Shown here piece after piece: positions 26,176-37,969 of a stretch of DNA of 64,000 bases; positions within the stretch are counted from its first letter, which is position 1; every line of letters starts with the position of its first letter. The DNA lies in the NCBI GenBank assembly GCA_047495785.1, contig JBLDXI010000054.1, forward strand, positions 1,426,001-1,490,000, written 5' to 3'. Source of the DNA: Lepidodermella squamata. Taxonomy: Eukaryota > Animalia > Gastrotricha. The notes below the pieces were generated by a model. It had not been told where the DNA came from and did not search any database. It was given only the letters and a program-made list of their open reading frames with translations. Position numbers and translations under genes: made by a program.

Positions 26176-26385
26176 CATACCGAACTTTCTTGTGTCAATT
26201 TTGCATATTGCTGAAAATGTGGTCTTAACAGGCCATAGAACACTACCATCGGAGTAGAAGTGACCTTAGAAAGACTAAAGACCAGGACTGTAGTAAGGGA
26301 TTTCGGAAAAATGAGGTTTCCTAACCTTTCAAAGGGTGCCCTGTAAACCCCATTCGGCTTTATAAGTTGTGGGTACCAAACAATC
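26176..26385 (-). pseudogene. Inverted partial copy of the adjacent Cys-loop receptor extracellular domain
   Basis: VWYPQLIKPNGVYRAPFERLGNLIFPKSLT...FSLSKVT matches 27025-27245 on the opposite strand. A ~10-nt deletion shifts the frame before YSDGSVLWPV. Confidence 0.85.
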
Positions 26386-26631
26386 TCTTGAATTCGGAGC
26401 TGGGATATCAAATTCTTCGGAATATCTGCGTCCATTCATGACTATTTCGGACTTGATCATTGATAGCATGGTAATAGCAATAAATGTTGACCCTGAATCG
26501 ATTTTCGCGTCGTCAGAGCACTTATGACACAAATTTGCTTTTTTGACAGGATCGTACACTTCAAAATAATCATATGTATATCAGCCTTTCGATACAGTGA
26601 GAGAATCACTAGTTTGACTGAAATCGCCAAA

Positions 26632-27892
26632 ATGCCAATTTTGCTGATTTTCTTATCTTTCAAGATACTGATCGTGATACATTGCGAGGAGTATAACAGT
26701 ACGATCTCCGAATTTCACGCCGAAGAAGCGGTTCTCGTCGAAACAGTTTTCAAAAACTGCGACTTGGCCGCTAAGGTCCGGCCGCTCGCTAAATTCAGCG
26801 AAAGAATGAACGTCTCAATCGAGATAATCCCAATTAGATTTCGCAGTTTGGTCGATAAAACTGAAACGTAAATAGCATTTCCACGTGTGCTTTCGATTGA
26901 TTTCTGCGTCGGTTTGACATAGGTTGTCGCTTAACATGGAAATAGACATTGGCTGGCGTCATCCTTGCACGAATTGGTCGAGTAATCCTCGATTCAATGT
27001 TGACTATTTTAAAGTCATGGCTGAGGATGTTTGGTACCCACAGCTCATCATGCCAAATGGGGTTGATATGGCACCCTTTGAAAGGTTAGAAAACGTAATT
27101 TTTCCGAAATCCTTGACTATGGTCCAGTTTTTTAGCCTTTCCAAGGTCACTCGAGTATACTTCTACTCCGATGGTAGTGTTCTCTGGCCTGTTATGACCA
27201 CATTTTCAGCAATATGCAAAATGGACATAAGAAAGTTCCCTATGGACCGACAACGCTGCAGTATTATCTTCGAATCATGGGAAAACAGCAATCGCATCAA
27301 TTTCATCCTCAAAAATACTGGATTGGCTATTAGAATGGATGAATTTGTGTCTGAGGGCGACATTTGGCGACTGCTGAACGCAACAGTTGTGAAGGAGAAG
27401 CACGTTTACCCAGAGAGTGACTGGGACTATCACCGAGTAGTCGTGACTTTCGATCTGGCACGGAAGTTTCAAGTTTACGTAACCACGATTTACATCCCAT
27501 GTTTGATTCTGCAAGCCATGGCTTTAGGGTCGGGTTGGATTCCGGCCCATTCCTCTGACAGGCCAGTCTTTTGCATCTCAGTTCTACTGTCATTTGTAGT
27601 TCTTCAAACCATAATAATTCAAGAAATTCCTAAATCGGCCCAAATTGCAAATATCGTCCTATTCCTCGCGATTCAGATGGGTCTTAGTTCTCTTCTCACA
27701 GGCTTTACAATGCTAACTTGCGACCTGTCTGAACGGCAATGGTTCAAGAAAGGCGAAATCGTTGCTATTGAGTCGAAATCCAAGATCGATAGACTTAAAT
27801 TGCTCGATGCAATCTTTTACTCGTTTATGGCTGTGTGTTTTGTGTTGACAGACTGCGGAATTTATCTTGCTAGCTCTATTTGGGAGTTATGA
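26632..27892 (+). CDS. Divergent pentameric ligand-gated (Cys-loop) ion channel subunit, nAChR/5-HT3-like, ~401 aa
   Basis: Exons 26632-26867 and 26923-27892 (55-nt intron). Signal peptide, VRP, WYPQL, Cys loop CKMDIRKFPMDRQRC (C-x13-C), FESW, four TM helices and a short M3-M4 loop. Confidence 0.9.
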
Positions 27893-28514
27893 ATAAATCG
27901 ATTAGATTCGAAGATAAATGGGACCAAGAAACACCAGGAAACACCTAAATCTCTAAAAGGATCTCTATAGGAGAAACAATTTGATTTTGCAGAAATTTTG
28001 GGACGATAGGTTCCCCCAGAGAGAAATTTTTCGGGTTTCCTTGCAAACCTCTCAAACGACACCCTCATTCATCGAACACTGCTTACATCGGGTCCACGAT
28101 TCCATCATGTGCAAGCCTTTTATTCCCCTGCTTTGCGCTATTCTTGAGGCCGTCCATCCCCATAATATCAACATTGAGCTATCAAACACGCGAGCGTCTT
28201 TGAGACGGAGGAGCAGACAAAATATACCAATCAAGATAATAATGTTAAGTGGACCTCGCCCACGATAATGCCGTGGAATATCGCAAAGAAGACATCGATC
28301 CGACAGTAGTAGCTACTTCTAAATAGAATTCACACCCTGTGAATTTAAATGATTAAAGTGAGCTTCTGCGTTTTATTTCGCAGTCCAATTAGACCTACTT
28401 TCATTAATCAGAGCGATTAAACGGCCAAAAATCGTGACATTATCTTTGATTGATGTCTAGTAAATCTAGGTTGACTAGTTTAGATATTACTGAAAAGCGC
28501 TTTTTCACTTCAAA

Positions 28515-30725
28515 ATGAGGTTTATAGCTCTAGCTCTGATAACTGCTGTAACTGCAATGAAGCAGAAAACTCTTCACATGCTCGTCAACTTTCAGTTCCC
28601 GAAAAATCCCGCGGTTGGTTTGATGACAGAATGTATGCAGGCAGCTCAAATCGCTCAACAAAACGCGAATAATCAGTACCAATTTCTGCCAGATTACAAC
28701 GTCGAGTTGGAATTCGGGGACACTCACCCTGCAGCTAGCCGGCCTGGCCAAAATGCTTTATTCAACTACACGAGATTCATTGAGGATAGACCTTGGCTCT
28801 TACCTTCCCCAATCGTGATAGGGCCGTTAAATGACGACGGTTGTAAAGCTCTAGGGCTGTTGGCCTACGCCATGAATATCACAGTAATTTCATTAGGCTG
28901 CCCAGCCGATTACCTTTATGATCGCCAGAGATTTCCGAACTACTTCCTTATGACCGAACCTACCGAAGCGCGTCATTGGGCATATTTGAAGTTCATTAGA
29001 GAGGTGGGCAACTGGACCAAGGTTGGGATAGTTTTCGACCCTGAAACGTTCAAATTCGCCAGGGAGGCTGATTTAATCCGGAAAAGAGCAGGCCCACAAG
29101 GTATCGAGGTTGTTTGGTTCGATGCCTTTCGCCGCTTCGATTTCGAAGTCATCAAATCAATGAAAAACTCAGATGTTCGAATCATTCTCGTCCTGCTATC
29201 AAACGTGCCTTTATTAACGAGTTTCTTATGCTACGCTTTCTCCGCTGGAATCACGGGCAATCGCTACTTTTTCCTGGCCTATGGCTCGGTTTTAGATCCT
29301 CTTACAATACCAAACCATGTTTTCGCCCCCGGCTGTAATCGCGATATAGTTATCGAACAGCTCCAGTACATGTTATGGCTATCAAATCTCGACGAACATA
29401 TTGACCAGACGCAGAATTCGTCGTTTGGGTATAATCGGGCAGAATTTGATGCGGATTTTGACCTGTTTACAAACAAATCACGTGGTACGTTATACGATTT
29501 GCGATATTTGTGCCACGATGGTGTCCTGCAGTCTGTCATAACGCTGGACATCGCGGAAAAGCGATTAAATTTGATTAATTCGTCGCTGGATCAATACCGA
29601 CACAGGCCACGCGATATCTCGCTCATTGTTAATCAAGCTGCTAAGGAGGTCGACTACCGAGGTCTGAGAGTTTCGAGGCTCCACTACGACGATAATGGGA
29701 TACTGCAGGGCCTACCGATTTTCCTTACTTACTGGACTCCAGAAAGGCGTTTCAGTCGTGTTTATGCGATCGAAAATCAGACCGAAATAAAGCGATCTGG
29801 CGACAGTATCTGGAAAACTGACAATGGCGAGCCACCTAGAGATGCTAGGCGATTTCTCAGCAGCGTTGCAGCTCCGACTGAAGGGGAATCGCTTGGGATA
29901 CAGTTCATCTCAGCAATGTCGATTATAGCTACAACAGTTATGATAGCTCTTTACTTCAGGTGGATGGATTCGATTGATACTGCTTTCCTAAAAATCGCGG
30001 CTTTAATTGGATGTGCCCTCCTTCAAATCTCTTCCATAGCTCACGTCACAGAGGGCTTATTCTCGCCTTTAACCCATTGGAACCTTAGAGTAAGCCTGTT
30101 CTTTGTTGGGCTGACCTTGGTCAACAGCAGCATTGTCTTAAGAATGGGACTTTTCTTTCACGTCTCCCTTCAAACTCGGCAGATCGCGAAACGACCTGAA
30201 GTTAGACGGCAGGTTGAGAAAGCCATTCTTGCCTCTGTTCAAGGAACCTTGTTTATGCTTTATGTCCTAATGCTCGTTATCAATTGTGCATTATTCGCCG
30301 CTTGGCAAGCTTCAGACCCCTCCCGATGTGATTTAACGGTTTCCAACATCTACTACGACTACGAAATGGACGTAACATTGGAGACGAAGCTTAACAAATG
30401 TATCTCGATAACAGAAAGCAGATCAGGTTGGGTTTGGACTATGGTATGCGTTCAATTTCTGCCTGTTCTACAAGCTTGCAACTGGGCGATCCATTTGCGG
30501 CAAGTTTCCCGCAAGCACATCGTTAAAAAATCCTTTCAAGTCGCGAAAATTGAGATAGCAATCGCTGTCAGTATTGAAGCAGCTGGGGTGCTGATATTCA
30601 TACTACTTTCTCACTATCCTATCAATCAGCAAGTAGCTGTTGCAGCACTCTGCCTTGCCTTAAGCCTCTTAATTGAACTTCTATGGATTTTCGCCGACTT
30701 CAGCCGACGAAGAAATTATGATTAG
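28515..30725 (+). CDS. Intronless class C GPCR, GABA-B-like (Venus flytrap/ANF-receptor domain + 7TM), 736 aa
   Basis: Signal peptide; FLPDYNVEL, IVIGP, RQRFPNYF, WTKVGIV and DVRIILV motifs of the Venus flytrap domain; no Cys-rich domain; seven hydrophobic segments including GLTL in TM3 and WQASDP after TM4. Confidence 0.85.
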   Translation: MRFIALALITAVTAMKQKTLHMLVNFQFPKNPAVGLMTECMQAAQIAQQNANNQYQFLPDYNVELEFGDTHPAASRPGQNALFNYTRFIEDRPWLLPSPIVIGPLNDDGCKALGLLAYAMNITVISLGCPADYLYDRQRFPNYFLMTEPTEARHWAYLKFIREVGNWTKVGIVFDPETFKFAREADLIRKRAGPQGIEVVWFDAFRRFDFEVIKSMKNSDVRIILVLLSNVPLLTSFLCYAFSAGITGNRYFFLAYGSVLDPLTIPNHVFAPGCNRDIVIEQLQYMLWLSNLDEHIDQTQNSSFGYNRAEFDADFDLFTNKSRGTLYDLRYLCHDGVLQSVITLDIAEKRLNLINSSLDQYRHRPRDISLIVNQAAKEVDYRGLRVSRLHYDDNGILQGLPIFLTYWTPERRFSRVYAIENQTEIKRSGDSIWKTDNGEPPRDARRFLSSVAAPTEGESLGIQFISAMSIIATTVMIALYFRWMDSIDTAFLKIAALIGCALLQISSIAHVTEGLFSPLTHWNLRVSLFFVGLTLVNSSIVLRMGLFFHVSLQTRQIAKRPEVRRQVEKAILASVQGTLFMLYVLMLVINCALFAAWQASDPSRCDLTVSNIYYDYEMDVTLETKLNKCISITESRSGWVWTMVCVQFLPVLQACNWAIHLRQVSRKHIVKKSFQVAKIEIAIAVSIEAAGVLIFILLSHYPINQQVAVAALCLALSLLIELLWIFADFSRRRNYD

Positions 30726-31165
30726 ATAGCTGTGATTATCTTCAACCGCCGCGAAATAAATATCAATACTAAAGCAAAAAAACTGGACTGAAATTTCGGA
30801 AAACAATCAAATGTTGGCACTTTTTTGGCTTGAAGCAGCCGCCCAACGAGCAACCTTCGGGCCGTTTGAACGCGATAAACGAATCCGCAACAACTTATTT
30901 AAAACTGTCAGGGTTGCAAAAACTGTCCGAGATAGCGAGCCTGTTGGCTCGGGCAGCTTTGAGAAGCTGAACCCACTTTTGTGGGCAGGCATAGTTGATG
31001 ACACAAAATACTTATGATTATATCCCCTGTTAGTATTCATTTTCGAAGTTTCATTTGGTCACGTAAATCATATACAAATATGACTAATATTGAGAACTAG
31101 ACACGCTCTTTTAGGTACCTTGTGTGGCAATGGGTAACCTAAGCTTCTGATCTTCTGGCCTAATT

Positions 31166-32004
31166 TCACATGTTCGTAACTGGACGGCTAGCAAGATAGG
31201 CCTTGAGATGCGGCCTTTCTTCGATGGCAGTCTTGATCTTAACCAGGGTCGGATAGTTGGCCTCTACGTCGCCCCAATCGATGAAATCCAAGGTGTGGCA
31301 GAAGTCAAGGAAACCAGCCAAAGCAGCGTCGACAAACGTGAACTAATTTCAAAAAAATTACATTTTCAACGCTTTAATACTATACACATTTCCTACATCA
31401 TCGCCACCAGCAAGATTTTTCCCGCCATTAATCGCGGCCTGCTTTTCGAGAAAACCAAGGCAGAGAGGAAAAATTTCGGTTTTCAGCTTTCCGGCAGCTT
31501 CAGCCTGAAATTTAACGATATTTAAAGGATTAGTCGGATTTTAAAATCATACCTTTTTAGCTTCGTCATTCATGTGTTCGAATACCTTGCCGATTCCAGC
31601 CTGAGCTTCGTGAATTCTTGGCGATAATGCCAGAAAGCAAAATAAAGCAAATAAAAGGAAAATGAATAAACAGAATTGTGGCGAACATTTTACATTTCGA
31701 AAGCTTCATCTGCCTTGGCGAGTTCCCACGGGCTTTTGCCATTCAACCCGTTCCAAGCCGCGATGACTCGAGGAATCGTGAAGCTTTGGCTCAACATTTT
31801 TACACTGCCATCAGGCTCGGTGATTTCGAGAACAGGGCACTGCCCTAGGGGCATTTTCGCCTTCAGCGACTTCTGCCAGTCTTCGCGGTCGAAGCGGTAG
31901 TCTTCGAATTGAATTTTGGCGAAGTGAAGCACATAGCGAATAATTTCGGCTCTTCCTTTCAACGGATAATAAATCAATTTAAACTTTCTGCCGTCGCTCG
32001 ACAT
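31166..32004 (-). CDS. GST sigma-class-like (copy 6, MSSDGRK subtype)
   Basis: 4 exons checked in frame. YYPLKGRAE, PLGQCP, SQS; ends RPVTNM-TGA. Confidence 0.92.
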
Positions 32005-32505
32005 CCGGCTATTTGCTAAATAAATTCACGAAAATAAAGGGTAACTAAAATAAATAAATCGAAACATCTGAAATACACTAAAATTGAAGTTCCTTGTCTA
32101 TATTTGCTGTTGAATGTTTATTTTGTTAGAACTGATACTCTCTTATATAGAAGAATTGTATATTTTGGTTTCCATCGCCACAGATATCGATTAATCATCG
32201 ATTTAATAAATCATTACTGAAAATCGATATCGGCTCTGTTGGCAAAAGTGAGACTCGAAAATTGTCCGGCAAAAAAACGTCATGTTGAGAATCTCGTCAC
32301 GCTAATCGAAAGGACCAAACTAAATACCCGAAAATCCATATAATGCAGGCCCTAAACTTGCCACCCTTTTTTGTAGAATTACTGATGTTGGAAATTGTAA
32401 ATAAAATGTAGCTGTGAGATGAGTATAACGTGCGGCATCAGGGTGGAAAAACTTGATCACGTGATTAGAAAACCTCAATCAATTTTTTTTAGGCTGCTAC
32501 TCTCA

Positions 32506-33764
32506 GGGGGTTGTGATCGAAAGGTGCATCAAATTTTTTCGAAATGTTCGAGCTTTGTTCCACTTTGTTTCACTTTTTCTGGAAATACATCTGAATTATT
32601 ACGGAATAGTTAGAATTTTGCCCAAAAATGAGGTGATCGAAGGGATTTTTTCAAAATTTTACGCGAATTTCACGTTTACTCTCAGAAGTAATTCGAAGTA
32701 TCTTATAGTATCTGTTTACTCACTGAAATAAGTGATGTTTCAGCTCAAATAATTGGAATATCGTAACAAATGTGAAACAAATTGACCCCCAGTCCGGACT
32801 GGGGGTCAAATTACCCCCAGAAATAGTAAAATCATGGTGCTTTTGATGGATGATTCACGCGAACAATAGAAACCTAATTAATTTCTCTTGAAACTCCTCG
32901 ATTGTGTCTAAACACCTGAAATTATCCGATCGCTAAAATGGCATACTACAATAGAACTAGGCTGCTTCCATACCGATGCTGTCCCATATTTTAGAAAATC
33001 GGTAGTAGTAGATAAGGTGAGAATTGATCACCATAAATACCGAATTATTAGACACTGTCCTCTACTTTTTGAAGGAAATTCCAAGAAAAAGAAACTGCTC
33101 ACCTGAGAGCAGAGATCGATGTAAAACAGGCATTACATTCTTAGGAGGGTCAAATGTCTAACCCAGCCTATTATTTGGGTACTGCCTTATGATTCGGTAT
33201 TTATGGTAGCAAATTTGAGGGCTAGCGAACTGATGAATGAATGTCTACTCTGCTTTTAGCCTATTGAATATCAGCCTCCATAGAAATGGTCAAGTCCTTT
33301 TTCGGCCGTGAGCCTTTTAAGCGGTGTACACTTGGGTGCATGAAACTAAGGTGAAATTAGCAACGACCTTTTGAATCTAAATCATTAATCAGGCCGAGAC
33401 GATCATGTAGACTCCTGCTTTAGATTTTGAACCGCTTTAGATTGATCGTGCGATTTTTCTAAATTATTTTTTTAAAGTGAGACTTTGCGCAATTTTTCAA
33501 ATTCGAGAGGATTTGAAGTGTTGACTCATCGTTATTCGCGAGCCCACAATGCTAAAAAATGAGTCTCTATGATCAGCCTCGGCATTGTTACGCCATTTAG
33601 CTCTATTGCGCAACAAGGCAGTGTGAACAGTTTTGCTTTTACCCTTGAAGAAAACATTCATTTTGCGCGGTGCAAATCTGAAACAAATTTGTTTCAAAAA
33701 GGTATAATTTGATCGAAAAAGGTAAAAAATGACCTAAATTATGCACTCTTCGATCACAACCCCC
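32506..33764. mobile_element. PIF/Harbinger-like non-autonomous element (TCA TSD)
   Basis: Termini GGGGGTTGTGATCGAAAGGTGCAT and ATGCACTCTTCGATCACAACCCCC, with 3-bp TSD TCA at 32503-32505 and 33765-33767. Confidence 0.8.
33031..33206. mobile_element. Nested Tc1/mariner-type MITE
   Basis: TIRs CCATAAATACCGAAT ... ATTCGGTATTTATGG. Followed by TA; the left flank reads CA. Confidence 0.65.
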
Positions 33765-34269
33765 TCATTCACTTTAATTTTTTATATAAACGAACCGCTA
33801 ATACAAACAAAGGGCGGAAACAAATTTTAGTAATAACAGAAGAATAATCAAATGATAGATATCGGAGTAAATGTCCGAGAGATTAGATACAGCAACAGAA
33901 TTGCCATTAGATAACAAAATACGGTATAGACGCGCGCTTGAAATGAGTCATCACCATTGTTTTGTTGTTAGGCCGCGCCAAAAATTACCCGAACGATTCT
34001 AAAATATCTAAAAATTTATATGCCGTGTGTCGAATAATTTTTTGCGGATCCCTCCGCCTCCTATACCTATGAGATGCAAAAAAATGAGACCGGAAAATTC
34101 CCGCAACCGAGTGTCGTCAAGGTCAAATTAAAAAAAAAGAACCCCAACAAATTAAACGAATATGGAAAAGTATCAAGTGAACCAAACATGGCAGCGGAAC
34201 CCTTCAGAAAGGTCAGATTATTGTTAGCAAAAAGTGTTCGACTATTCGCAGACCGTCAGACCGTCATAA

Positions 34270-34448
34270 CAGTAAATACCCAAAACAGCAAACGCGACAA
34301 AACAGCAACTTGTTTAACTTGCGACATAACAGCAGAAACACGATGCATCTTTTACGTAGTAAGTTTTCGCTGTTTTGTCGCGAAATAACAAGTTTGCTGT
34401 TTTGTCGCATTCGCTGTTTCGCGAAGTTGCTGTTTTGTCGCCGTACCC
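34270..34448. repeat. Inverted array of short subrepeats (acaaaacagcaa / ttgctgttttgtcg), MITE-like
   Basis: The left half repeats (cg)acaaaacagcaa and the right half repeats its reverse complement. Confidence 0.6.
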
Positions 34449-34864
34449 TGGAGCCCCGTCAAAGTACGAACTCAATTTTTATTTTATTTTATTCGGTCTT
34501 TACCGTCTTTAACGATGTTAAAAACGGAAGCAGCCCTTCTAAAAACTTCATTCGAATCTTCAAATCATTGTCATGCTTTGGAAATCGATCGATTTCTAGG
34601 TTGCCTGAGGTGCTGTGAAGCATGAATAATGAGTCTTTAGTTTCATGAAATAGGAAAAATGAACGCGAACAGTTAAATAGTGGAAAATGCCAACACGGTA
34701 ACAAAACTTTATTTCGCCAACTCAACAACTCAACAAACACCAGTGACGAGGAATATATTTTAATCAAGTCATCCCGTTACAGGAGTCATTCGAATAACAA
34801 CGAAACGTGAAATATTCGATTAATAGCAGTTTTCAAATTAATTTTTCGGCGTTGATTTCGGCTT

Positions 34865-36610
34865 TTAGATGGGACTTTCTGGACGACTGGCCAGGTAGGC
34901 CTTCATCTCCGGAGTTCCCTCAACCGCGTTCTTGATCGCAACCAGCGTCGGGTATTTAGCTTCAATATCGGCCCAGTCGACGAACGGCATGCGTTTACCA
35001 GAATCTAGCACAGAAGCAAGCGCAACATCGGCATACGTGTGCTGGAAACAAACCAAAAATCCATGAAAAAAAATTAGAAGAAATGTCTATCAAATCTTAC
35101 AGCATCGCCTCCGGCAACGCTTTTACCGCCATGGGCCAGGGCTTGTTTCTCCAAGAAGCCAAGATTGCGAGCAAAACCGTCAGTTTTCAGCTTGGCAGCC
35201 GCTTCATCCTGAACAAAACAAATTTTGCGACGAACATGAATGTCGTGTTGAAGTAGTCTTAAGCTTGGAATTTACCTTTTTGGCTGCGTCTTGCTCCCTG
35301 TAAACCGCGAAAACCGCATCCCAGACGTCGCGCAGGCTGGACAAAATGCATAGCACATCAGCTTATCTTACCAAGATCCGAAATATTTTTTAGGTACTTT
35401 TAGGTGCCTAATTCCGAATAGTTTCTGTCACTCTTTCAACACTATTTTCTGAATAATTTAGGATTTTACAGCGATGAACCAATAAATTTATTAAATTTGA
35501 TGAGGAGCCGGGTATTGAGAATTTAGATTCGGCTTTGCCTCAACCGGCCGAATTTCGAGCCAAATTTTGTTTGACTAATATTATGTTCAATACCGCCTTT
35601 TCGGAAATTGTAGGATTAACGCACACAGATAAATTCCCGAGGTTAGACCCTAAATTATGGGTTATTCAATTTTTTAATCTGATAGATCTCTGTATTTGAA
35701 CAATTTTCTATACTCAATCTCAATCTAGCTGTATCAAAGTTGCTGAAATCACGTTTGCCCGGTTTTAAGGTGCATCATTTATCGACCGAAAAAATATCGA
35801 AATCGCGGAAAATCGGACAATTTCTCCTCGATTTCGTACTTAAGCGGCTTTCAGGTTACGTAATATTCAAAATTCTTCAACCATACTATTCAGCTTTTAA
35901 AACTCAGTGAAAATCATTCTAGAAGACTGATATAACTTGGAATTGTCAAATTTGCTGGGAAAATAAAGAAATTGGGATTGGAAAGCTCAGGAAACCTATA
36001 GGTTCCCGAACCTTCGATCGAACTTTATAATAATAGGGAAATGTTACTGATTTTTCCAGCAAATTTCAAGCGATGGATACTTACCGTATTTTTTCCTATA
36101 ACAGCCCAGGCTACTAAAATTTCAACCTCGAAATTTTAAAAAATTTTAAAATTATTTTTCAGCGAATTGTTAATTTTTGTAATTTTCGAACCGACTTGAC
36201 CCCTCAACCCTGGGCTACTATTAGTGAATGGGCTATTATTGGAACAAATACGGTATTTATGTCCGAATAATAGTATCTAGAAAAATATTCTGAAATTACA
36301 CTTCAAACGCCTCATCTGCCCTAGCTTCTTCCATCGGAGTTTTGCCGAGGAGCCCGGCCGATTTAGCTAGCATGCGAGAGATAGCAGCGCTTTGGCACAC
36401 CACGTGGCTAGTTCCATCAGCATTCGTTATCTCCAGAATCGGAAGCTGTCCGACCGGCGTTTTCGGCTTCAGCGTCGGCCAGTCGTCCTTGGATAGGCGG
36501 TTATCCTCGAAGGCAATCTTGGCGTAGTGCAAAATGTAGCGCACAATTTCGGCCTTGCCTCGAATAGCGAAGTAGGTCAACTTGAACTTTTTATCACCGC
36601 AAGCAGCCAT
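34865..36610 (-). CDS. GST sigma-class-like (copy 7, MAACGDK subtype; closest to copy 4)
   Basis: 4 exons. YFAIRGKAE, PVGQLP, CQS; ends RPESPI-TAA. Intron 1 and upstream DNA align with copy 4. Confidence 0.92.
36084..36253. mobile_element. Tc1/mariner (pogo/Tc2-like) MITE in intron 1 of GST copy 7
   Basis: TA|CCGTATTTTTTCCTATAACAGCCCA ... TGGGCTATTATTGGAACAAATACGG|TA. The paralogous intron of copy 4 has an empty site (~12975). Confidence 0.82.
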
Positions 36611-37289
36611 GACGTTTTGAGTAATTATAATTTAAATAAGATAACTTGGAAAGATGCAAATGCGGTGAAATAAAAGGTTCGATGTGTTAGGTAGATATAG
36701 AGGAAGTCACTCAGCGAAAATATTGAAATTTAACACAAGGTTTTATCGATTGTTTTTTATTAGTGAAAGCTTCAATTACCGCTGTTCTCAAAATAGATGC
36801 TAACAAATTGCCTCACAAAAATTGGCCCTACTTACGTGATTTTTGGACACTATTTTCATTTATTTTTCAGGAGTGAACGTTGAAAAAATGAGGCTTTTTG
36901 CATTATTTATTGTCCGCTTCGTCTCATATGGGCGCATTTGACAAAAATAATCGAGGAAATTGGGGCAAAAAATAGATTTTCAGAAAAAGCTGCGTAGTTA
37001 TTTTAATGAAAATCGGCAAGGGTATTCTCTCTGAAAAAAGTAAAAAATCGCTGGACATCCAATTCCCCGCCAATAAAATCAGGTGAAAATTCGAAAATTT
37101 ACAAAATTTGCATGAAAATCAGGTCCAACAATTTTTTAAATTTCAGAACTTTTAGGAGCGACGGTAATAATATTTTTGTATCGCTGCGAGAAAATAAAAG
37201 TATGTAGGCAAAAAACTCGCGGCGATAGCCTGTCGTAGTATTATGAGACTCGGCTACGCCCACTGAGCTGGATTTTTTTTCAAGATAAA

Positions 37290-37969
37290 GGCCCTGGCCA
37301 TGCCTTTGAATGGCATTGGCGCCAGATGTTGACATAGCCGAGCAAAACGAGAGACGTAGGATAAAAAATCTAGAGAGATGTAGGCTAATTCAAAGCTATC
37401 TAAATGACCTATGCAACATTAACCTAATAAAAATAAATTGTTAAAACAAAAGCGAAAAAAGTTAGACACGTGGCGTTTTTGCCATCCGATATTGCTATAA
37501 TATGAAGTAATACAAAATAATTATTCACGTGGGCGATAAAAATAGGAAAAATGGGAAAAAATTGCAAAAAAACATATTTTAATTACTTTAATTTGGAAAA
37601 TTAACTAACCTAACGGCTGGAGATAATGAGTCGTGTGTGGAGGTAGGACCAGCATGTTGATGTCCTTTTCTGTCGAGTAGCAGAGCGCCTCGTAGCTGAT
37701 GTGAGATCCATGAACCGTCGAGGATCAACAGTATTGGGTTTCACGCCTCGAGTTGAGCCATTTTAAATATTCGAGAAATATTTCATCATTGACGTGTATG
37801 CAGACGTGAACTTGAGAGCCATCGGCGGGCAGATCAGCCGCCAAATGGGACGACTGCCGAGTTCCCTGGAATATCACGCCATCAGCTCGAGCGGTAGCCA
37901 TAACCGTGATAGTCGCACCTCGGGGCTGACCTTGATGTGTAGCGACTTGACCCATTTCTTCGCAAAAAC
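37290..37969 (-). pseudogene. Degenerate pogo/Fot1-like DDE transposase fragment
   Basis: With frameshifts it reads TITVMATARADG...IFQG...EIFLEYLKW...ILLILDG-HGSHISYE...INMLVLPPHTTHYLQPL. These are hallmark DDE_1 motifs. Confidence 0.8.

Noticed and set aside
26329-26559. IDSGST aspartic-protease-like motif on the minus strand
   Set aside because: Isolated motif with no gag, RT or LTR context.
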